Source: an uncultured virus (IMG/VR IMGVR_UViG_3300050131_000019) (Duplodnaviria > Heunggongvirae > Uroviricota > Caudoviricetes). Taken from it: DNA of 20,000 bases. Of this stretch, positions 8,402-14,519 are shown piece after piece (position 1 is the first letter of the stretch; each line of letters opens with the position of its first letter). The translations under genes and the position numbers were made by a program. The stretch spans positions 57,776 through 77,775 of IMG/VR virus record IMGVR_UViG_3300050131_000019; one strand, 5' to 3'. The notes under the pieces are model-generated. The model worked only from the letters and a program-made list of their open reading frames with translations, was not told the DNA's origin and did not search any database.

Positions 8402-9174
8402 TGAGCGCATCTAAGAGGAATATAACGCACTGCAAATACGGCCACGAGTTTACTCCCGAGAACACTAGAATAAATAAAGGAGGAAAACGGTCGTGTAAAA
8501 TCTGCGAGTTTTATAAACACCTAAAGAAACAGTACGGAATATCCCCTCAAGAATACCAGCAGGTTATTGATACACAAGGCGGTAAGTGCCCTCGGTGCGG
8601 GATCATTCTATCCGACCCAAACGTTGTCTTCGATAGGGAGACCAAAAAGGTAGAAAGCATTAGATGCTATGCTTGTAGCAGGATCAGAGGCGAGTTTAAA
8701 ATACCTACCCACTGTAGTAAAGGACATGAGCTTACAGAAGATAACCTATTTGTTTACCCGGAAAAACGTATATGGTTTTGCCGAGAGTGCGGAAGAGCTA
8801 ACGGCCAAAGGTGGAAAAAAGATAATCCGGACAAAGTAAGATTATCTAACAGTACTCCCGAGGCGCGAGCGAGCCAGAAGCGAAAAAGAATGAAGAGAAA
8901 TGCTAAATTTCCTAGATACTATAAAGGAAGAGACCTAAAGAAGTTCTATAAGATGACCCTAGAAGACTGGGATAGGATGTATTCTGAACAAAAGGGACTC
9001 TGCGATATATGTAAGACAGAAGTCGAAAATCCAGTAGTCGATCACAATCACCTAACTGGAAAAGTTCGCGGACTACTCTGCCGAACCTGCAATCTAGGTA
9101 TAGGACACTTACAGGAATCTCCCGAAGTACTTCTGTCTGCCATAGAGTACCTTCAGAAACACAAAGAGTCATGA
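8401..9174 (+). CDS. Free-standing endonuclease VII-family (His-Me finger/HNH) homing-type endonuclease with duplicated architecture
   Basis: C-terminal CDIC..VVDHNHLTGKVRGLLCRTCNLGIG..ESPEVLLSAIEYL is the canonical endonuclease VII motif; there are also two THCxxGHE..CxxC zinc-finger modules. Confidence 0.9.
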   Translation: MSASKRNITHCKYGHEFTPENTRINKGGKRSCKICEFYKHLKKQYGISPQEYQQVIDTQGGKCPRCGIILSDPNVVFDRETKKVESIRCYACSRIRGEFKIPTHCSKGHELTEDNLFVYPEKRIWFCRECGRANGQRWKKDNPDKVRLSNSTPEARASQKRKRMKRNAKFPRYYKGRDLKKFYKMTLEDWDRMYSEQKGLCDICKTEVENPVVDHNHLTGKVRGLLCRTCNLGIGHLQESPEVLLSAIEYLQKHKES

Positions 9175-9189
9175 TAAGAAAGGAGTTAT

Positions 9190-9429
9190 ATGCCATCAAT
9201 CTCTAAGTCCCTAACATCTACTCTGGATATGTCTAAGTATAAGCCTTTGGAACCGGCTCCGCCGTCTGCTCCTTCTTCCTTTGGCACGGCGGAAATTACT
9301 CAGAGGAACGCCTTTCTTAGATGTCCAGTTCCCTCCATAAGTAGCTCGGCCACCTCTGATGACCTTAGACAGTTTTACCAAAACTCCAGAATCCCACAGT
9401 ATCGCTCGTTCGTCGGACCCAAGAAATAG
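9190..9429 (+). CDS. Hypothetical protein (79 aa), possibly a small tail component
   Basis: Strong SD AAGGAG before ATG 9190; tight packing with neighbours. Confidence 0.75.
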   Translation: MPSISKSLTSTLDMSKYKPLEPAPPSAPSSFGTAEITQRNAFLRCPVPSISSSATSDDLRQFYQNSRIPQYRSFVGPKK

Positions 9430-9435
9430 GATAAC

Positions 9436-9801
9436 ATGACAGATATCTATCAGAAGACCGCGCTTACGGGAGGCAGATTCCAAGACTCACAGGGAAATCC
9501 TCTGTCACTCGGATATCTAGTCTTCAAACTCAGCCATGATAGTAATGTAGCCGTATTCGGAAGTCCCACAGGAGAGCAGGTTGTCGCGGGCAGGAATACA
9601 AAGATGTATCTAAACATGAACGGTTCTTTGAACTCCGGATATTCTATCTGGGCAAATAATATATTGGCACCATCAGGTTCTTTTTACGGGGTGCGTGCAT
9701 TTAACTCGTCGGGTTTAGAAGTGTGGAGTTCGCCTCAAATATTCCAGCTTACCTACGCTCCGACCCTAGACATCGGATCGGTTCAGCCCGTAACTCCCTA
9801 G
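9436..9801 (+). CDS. Stand-alone beta-sandwich resembling a tail fibre/tailspike N-terminal attachment domain (121 aa)
   Basis: SD AGGA; motifs FQDSQGNPLSLGYLVF and IWANNILAPSGSFYGV recall phage fibre N-terminal anchor domains (recognition from memory). Confidence 0.55.
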   Translation: MTDIYQKTALTGGRFQDSQGNPLSLGYLVFKLSHDSNVAVFGSPTGEQVVAGRNTKMYLNMNGSLNSGYSIWANNILAPSGSFYGVRAFNSSGLEVWSSPQIFQLTYAPTLDIGSVQPVTP

Positions 9802-9829
9802 CCTTGGGCCTCCGTTAACAGGAGATTGC

Positions 9830-10171
9830 ATGAACGAGTTTCTTAACGCCTTCTCGTATTTTTCAGATCACGTTCATATCGTGGGCTGGACATTCATCAT
9901 AATCATCGCAATTAAAGTATCGTGGAAATTCTCTGCCTTCAAACTATACGTCGAGGGTCTGGTAGCTAAAGCTCAAGAGGTCGAGAATACAGTAGACCTT
10001 TTAGCCACTAATCATTTGCCCCATCTTCAGGCGGGGCTGGACGCAAATATCGAGTCTAATAAAGAGGTGGGAAGATCGGTAGATAACCTGCGAACAGACC
10101 TTCTTGCGGAGCTTCGCGGTCTTAGGGGCGATATCCTGCAATATGCTTTGAATGACGCGAGGAAGAAATGA
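9830..10171 (+). CDS. Single-TM plus coiled-coil membrane protein, holin-like candidate (113 aa)
   Basis: SD AGGAG; TM segment IVGWTFIIIIAI followed by an amphipathic/coiled-coil region containing NHLPHLQ; basic C-terminus. Confidence 0.6.
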   Translation: MNEFLNAFSYFSDHVHIVGWTFIIIIAIKVSWKFSAFKLYVEGLVAKAQEVENTVDLLATNHLPHLQAGLDANIESNKEVGRSVDNLRTDLLAELRGLRGDILQYALNDARKK

Positions 10172-10593
10172 TTTTTGTCAGGCCAACCCGACCGGAAGAC
10201 TCAGAGAAGTTTACTGAGTGGTATTCTAAGCACCCGAGTTTTGATCCAGATGTTATCCGTTTTCCGGAAACTTATACCCTCTGTGCGTACCGCGCTCCTA
10301 GATGTAAAGATGGTAACGGAAAAATTATTGGCTTTATGCCCGTCCAGAGTTTGAGTTTTGTTTCCTCTCAGGTTCTGGACTCTTTGATAATAAACCCCGA
10401 GGCTACTAACCTCGAAATTGCAGAAGCTATGAGAGAGCTAGTTAAACAAGCAATATTTTTAGGCCACCTAAAAGGCTGTGGGATGGTTTACTTTGTGGGC
10501 GATCATCCAGAAACAAATAAGATAGCCGAAAAGATTTTTGAAAAAGTAGAGTACCCCGTATACAGGCTACGTCTCAAAGATTTGGAAGGATGA
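10168..10593 (+). CDS. GNAT-fold-like virion assembly protein (P22 gp14 / T7 gp13 positional equivalent)
   Basis: ATGA overlap; MIFVRPTRPED..KIIGFM..AMRELVKQA..GCGMVYF pattern; lies immediately before the first ejection gene. Confidence 0.6.
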   Translation: MIFVRPTRPEDSEKFTEWYSKHPSFDPDVIRFPETYTLCAYRAPRCKDGNGKIIGFMPVQSLSFVSSQVLDSLIINPEATNLEIAEAMRELVKQAIFLGHLKGCGMVYFVGDHPETNKIAEKIFEKVEYPVYRLRLKDLEG

Positions 10594-10594
10594 C

Positions 10595-11374
10595 ATGGGA
10601 AACGGCGCATCAAAGGGACAAACAGATATTGCAGCCAGCCAGAAGAACTTTGCTAGCTCTCTTCAGGCTGATTTTGGTACGGCTTTTGCGGGCCAGCAGA
10701 ATATCCTTAATGGGCTTACCAAGTCCCTTACGAGTACTCTCGCGGGGGGTCCCAGCCAGTTCGGATTCTCTGAACCGGAGAATACCGCTATGAAGACACT
10801 GGCTACCTCCGCTAATTCCCAAGCCTACCAAAACGCTAAGGCTGCGGCAGGAGAAGCGGCTGCTGCTGCGGGTGGGGGAGGAGCCGTTCTTCCTACGGGT
10901 TCTCAAGGACAGACCCAAGCAGACCTCGCTTTAAAAACCGCCCAGAACCAGAGTAACTCTTTACTGGGAATTCAGGAAGCCGGGTACAAGCAGGGTAATG
11001 CAAACTACAATGAAGCTGTTTCCGGACTTCAAGGAACTGCTAGTTTAGAGAATCCTAATGGTCTAGCCAGTAATGCAAACTCCGCAGGGAATGATGCTTT
11101 CAACTCTGCAACTACTATCCAGAAAACTAATGCTGCTGCCAGTCCTTGGGCGCAGGTTGGTGGTTTGGTAGGGTCTCTCGGGGGAGCAGCACTTAATGCC
11201 TTTGTCCCCGGAGCAGGAGCTTTGGGAAAAATATCTAATCCCATGTCTGGAACCTCTGCGGCTTCGTTAGGCGGGCTAGGAAACGCTCCGGGTGGTAATA
11301 TCAATATGTCTGGACTAGGAAGTTCTCCCGATCTGTCTATGTTCAATACCTCTTATAATGTTGGTCAGGGGTGA
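10595..11374 (+). CDS. DNA ejection/pilot protein (P22 gp7-like), 259 aa
   Basis: SD GGAAGGA; very Ala/Gly/Gln/Asn-rich with few charged residues; C-terminal hydrophobic Gly-zipper WAQVGGLVGSLGGAALNAFVPG; synteny. Confidence 0.7.
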   Translation: MGNGASKGQTDIAASQKNFASSLQADFGTAFAGQQNILNGLTKSLTSTLAGGPSQFGFSEPENTAMKTLATSANSQAYQNAKAAAGEAAAAAGGGGAVLPTGSQGQTQADLALKTAQNQSNSLLGIQEAGYKQGNANYNEAVSGLQGTASLENPNGLASNANSAGNDAFNSATTIQKTNAAASPWAQVGGLVGSLGGAALNAFVPGAGALGKISNPMSGTSAASLGGLGNAPGGNINMSGLGSSPDLSMFNTSYNVGQG

Positions 11375-11376
11375 TT

Positions 11377-11760
11377 ATGGTAAACAAAATCGAAGCATTG
11401 GCTGACGCCCTCATGACCGTCCACGGGTACTTTAAACCCGACTCGGAGAGCTACAAACTTCGTAACCCCCTCATGCTACGCTCGTGGGGCCGAGCGGGTA
11501 AACACGAAGTTACTGAGGACGGAGTGCGTATATTCCCTAGCTTCCTCGGGGCGTATCGCGCCGGAATTTTCGATATTGAAAAAAAATTGAGCGGAGAGTC
11601 AAACTCGGGAATCCAGAAAACGGATAAACTGAAGAACCTCTTAGGAGTATACGGCGTAAACCAAGAAAAAGATATTCTCGTTGTGGTCTCCTTCTTGAGG
11701 AAGGCTTTGGGGGACCCCTCTATTTCTATCTCTACCCCGCTGTCCTATTTTGCAGTATAG
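11377..11760 (+). CDS. Lysozyme-like-fold virion protein, apparently catalytically degenerate (127 aa)
   Basis: SD-like AGGGGTGA before ATG 11377 (the track uses GTG 11371). ALADALMTVHGY..SYKLRNPLML..GVRIFPSFLGAYRA parallels the AIxxxEG..RNNNPGN..FAxFxxxxxGxxA pattern of phage lysozyme-like proteins. Confidence 0.5.
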   Translation: MVNKIEALADALMTVHGYFKPDSESYKLRNPLMLRSWGRAGKHEVTEDGVRIFPSFLGAYRAGIFDIEKKLSGESNSGIQKTDKLKNLLGVYGVNQEKDILVVVSFLRKALGDPSISISTPLSYFAV

Positions 11761-11778
11761 TTCAATTTTGGAACTAAA

Positions 11779-11818
11779 TTGACATAAACTTGACATATAC
11801 GTAAAAATGTGTTATAAT
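11779..11818 (+). promoter_or_regulatory. Consensus sigma70 promoter with duplicated -35 (TTGACATA twice, 11-bp period)
   Basis: TTGACA (11790-11795), 17 bp spacer, TGn-TATAAT (11813-11818); second TTGACATA at 11779-11786; AT-rich upstream sequence. Confidence 0.9.
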
Positions 11819-11833
11819 GTACTTGGAGTGAAA

Positions 11834-12535
11834 ATGGGATTCATGGATAGCTTATCGGGCCTTCACCCGGACGCTCAAAAATTCTTCTCCGAGCTAGGTC
11901 CCTCCAGCGGTCCTCAGTCTAAAGTAGATACTTCTTTTCCTCGGAACCAAAGTAAACCTACTGGGTACTCGGATGTTCTGAACGATGTAGCCGAAACCTA
12001 CCCTGCACTCGCGCCTCACGCCAAAAATGCAATCGTGTACGATGCCCCTCCCCCCGCAGAAAATGCTACCGCAAAGTATCCTAAAGGCTTAGAAACCTAT
12101 CCTCCGTGGGAAGACTGGAACCCCCATCCCGGAAAGACTACGGTAGAACTTTACAAGTCCTTCCAAAGTAGAGCACAACTTCGGGATGTTCTGGCCGGGG
12201 ACATGATCCATATAGCAGGGGCAATTCATCCGGAAACCGGAAAGCCTGTTGACCCCGTTTACTACGGACTTAAGCAGCAGGTAAAAAAGGCTAGGAGTTC
12301 CGAGCAGATTGCTATGGACTACAAAGCATATAAACAGGACCAGAAAGATGGGGAAGATCGTTCCTTTAGCAAATGGTTCAATGATAGCCGATCTGAAGCG
12401 TATGTTAGGGGAAAACTATTTCCAGACGAAAAAGATGAGTGGAAACATGTCTACGAGAAAAATCCCAAACTAGCTAGCACCATAGACCGAATTGGAAGTT
12501 ACCTACGAACAGGTAAAGACATAAAGGAAAAATAA
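11834..12535 (+). CDS. Hypothetical 233-aa protein with degenerate zincin-like motif; candidate injected internal virion protein
   Basis: The track start (11807) falls inside the promoter; GGAG at 11825-11828 supports ATG 11834. Contains VLAGDMIH and downstream SEAYVRG. TAATG overlap with the next gene. Confidence 0.75.
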   Translation: MGFMDSLSGLHPDAQKFFSELGPSSGPQSKVDTSFPRNQSKPTGYSDVLNDVAETYPALAPHAKNAIVYDAPPPAENATAKYPKGLETYPPWEDWNPHPGKTTVELYKSFQSRAQLRDVLAGDMIHIAGAIHPETGKPVDPVYYGLKQQVKKARSSEQIAMDYKAYKQDQKDGEDRSFSKWFNDSRSEAYVRGKLFPDEKDEWKHVYEKNPKLASTIDRIGSYLRTGKDIKEK

Positions 12536-14514
12536 TGGCTTTTCTTGATACCCTCGGACCCGACCCGGACGCTACCTCTAGTATTCCTTCTCCGACAACC
12601 CCTGCTTCAGGAACTCCTCCGGTGGCGGGAATGTCTATGCCGGGTCAGCCTTTATCCTCACCAGCTACACCCCCTCCCGCCCAGCCTCAGTCAGAACAGG
12701 CTGCACAGGCACATAAGCACATCTGGGATAGCATCGGTAAAGGCGTAGATACTGAGTACAACATCGATCCGCAAACCGGAAAGACGGTAGCTACCCAGAC
12801 TCCTCAGAAGCCGGGGCAGTTCTTCAGGAACATTTTGGCGGCTGCGGCTACTGGAGCAGCGGGTATCGGCCCGAATCACGGAGAACAGAACTTCGCACAA
12901 GGCTTGATGGCGGGCCTCGGCGGGGGCGTCATGGCCTCAAACAACCTTACCGACAAGCAGAACGCAGAGAAGCGTGCTCAGGCCCAGCAGGACTACCAGA
13001 ACCAGCTTAAAGCACAGGAAGAGCAGCGGAAGACGAACGAGGAAACCCGTCAGGTAAAGCAATTCGACTACCAGCAGCAGATGGATAAAATCATGCTGGC
13101 GAATGAAAAGATCAAAGCGGTCGGTCTCGCCCAGATCGCCCATCAGGGAGAATACGATAGAACTTTGGAGGGCCAAAGCGCGGGTGTGAATATGCTCATG
13201 GTTCATGACAAGGTTAAGGTAGACGCCTACGATAAGGCGGGAATGAAACCTATCGCCACCTATCGGGCGGACGAGCTTGTGGACCCCAAAACTGGCGGGA
13301 TGAGCGAGGAGTTCAAGAAGGCTCATCCGAATTATCTGGGGTACGATCAAGCGGTAATTGGCTCTGAGAAAGTCCCCGTCTTAGACGCGGCGGGAAACCA
13401 AGCCAAGGATGCAAACGGTATCCTCCAGTACAGGAACGAGGCTGTGTACGCCCTGTATAACCCTCTCGCGGTAGTTACCGATGATATGGTTAGTAATGCT
13501 AAGTCCAAGGGAGTTGATAAACAAAACCCCAATATGTTCAAAAAGATGGAAGCCATGAACAAGGCTTGGCATACAAACGGTTCCCCCGACCCGAACACAG
13601 TAAAAGCTGAGGACCCCGCGAACAAAGTGTTCACTGTTGGCTATCAGGATATGGGAAATTTCCTCGGGCAGATTCAGAAGTCCACCGACCTCCAGAAGCA
13701 GCAGGACGACCACCTCGATAAAGTAGCTACTAGGCAGAGATCACAAGCCGAGGCTGCGGACTCCTGGACAAGAAATGCCCTTGCTAAGAGACAGGTCCTG
13801 AAGGAGGATCAGGCAGATCAGGCCAGTAAAGATTCTATCCTGCTTTTCGATAATCAGGGAAATATGAATGACATTGGCAAGAAACTTTTAGATAGTACCA
13901 AGGACCCCAAGCTTACCGAGGCCCAGAGGAAGCAGGCTACTGAGAGACTCACTAACCTAGAGCAATACCAGACAATGAATAAAGAAGGCTTGGCGGAAAA
14001 ACTAGACAAAGGTAAGACGTGGAATAAAGACCAGAACAAGTGGGAATATGCCGATGACTTCGACGTGTTTCACTCCATGCTTACTAACTCCAGCAATAAG
14101 CTGAGTTCTCTCCAGAATGGTGGCAAAGCGGCCCCATTTTCCGGAGTCGGAGTCGGAGTAGCGTCTAAGCAGCCCTACATGGCTCAACTTCCTGAAATAT
14201 CCGCACAGGCTTTTGATACAGTAACAAACGACGAAAAAGGGAATTTAGTCCCCACGGAGTCTGTGGCTTTAGATAACCTGAGAAAACTCGCGGCAACTCC
14301 GGGATTTAGCTCACACGGAGTAGATACAACTCAGGTAGCTAGACAGATTTCCGCTTTCTATAAGGGGAGAGCGCGGGAGACTCAGGCGGCAAAGGAAGAG
14401 GCACTAGCCACAGACGAAAAGGCAAAAGCGGATATCGAAGCTAGTCAGCCCCCCTCATTCTTTAATCCTAGATCGCTAACCGATGAAGATGTTTCTCCCT
14501 ATAATAAGAAGTAG
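12535..14514 (+). CDS. DNA ejection protein (P22 gp20 / T7 gp15 positional equivalent), 659 aa
   Basis: SD AAGGA; Pro-rich N-terminus, Gly/Ala hydrophobic segments (ILAAAATGAAGIG; GLMAGLGGGVMA) and Gln/Glu/Lys coiled coils; synteny. Confidence 0.65.
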   Translation: MAFLDTLGPDPDATSSIPSPTTPASGTPPVAGMSMPGQPLSSPATPPPAQPQSEQAAQAHKHIWDSIGKGVDTEYNIDPQTGKTVATQTPQKPGQFFRNILAAAATGAAGIGPNHGEQNFAQGLMAGLGGGVMASNNLTDKQNAEKRAQAQQDYQNQLKAQEEQRKTNEETRQVKQFDYQQQMDKIMLANEKIKAVGLAQIAHQGEYDRTLEGQSAGVNMLMVHDKVKVDAYDKAGMKPIATYRADELVDPKTGGMSEEFKKAHPNYLGYDQAVIGSEKVPVLDAAGNQAKDANGILQYRNEAVYALYNPLAVVTDDMVSNAKSKGVDKQNPNMFKKMEAMNKAWHTNGSPDPNTVKAEDPANKVFTVGYQDMGNFLGQIQKSTDLQKQQDDHLDKVATRQRSQAEAADSWTRNALAKRQVLKEDQADQASKDSILLFDNQGNMNDIGKKLLDSTKDPKLTEAQRKQATERLTNLEQYQTMNKEGLAEKLDKGKTWNKDQNKWEYADDFDVFHSMLTNSSNKLSSLQNGGKAAPFSGVGVGVASKQPYMAQLPEISAQAFDTVTNDEKGNLVPTESVALDNLRKLAATPGFSSHGVDTTQVARQISAFYKGRARETQAAKEEALATDEKAKADIEASQPPSFFNPRSLTDEDVSPYNKK

Positions 14515-14519
14515 GAAAA

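Noticed and set aside
2103..9189. Possibility that the endonucleases sit in group I introns or inteins
   Set aside because: Flanking genes appear complete with their own starts and stops, the gaps are 9-37 bp (too short for an intron core), and I saw no intein splice motifs.
9810..9824. CTCC/GGAG hairpin that could sequester the SD of the holin-like gene
   Set aside because: Only a 4-bp stem and no dual-start motif; too weak to support without folding calculations.
11807..11833. Track start MCYNVLGVK for the 242-aa ORF
   Set aside because: It overlaps the -10 element and lies upstream of the predicted TSS; ATG 11834 has an SD and matches the paralogous N-terminus.
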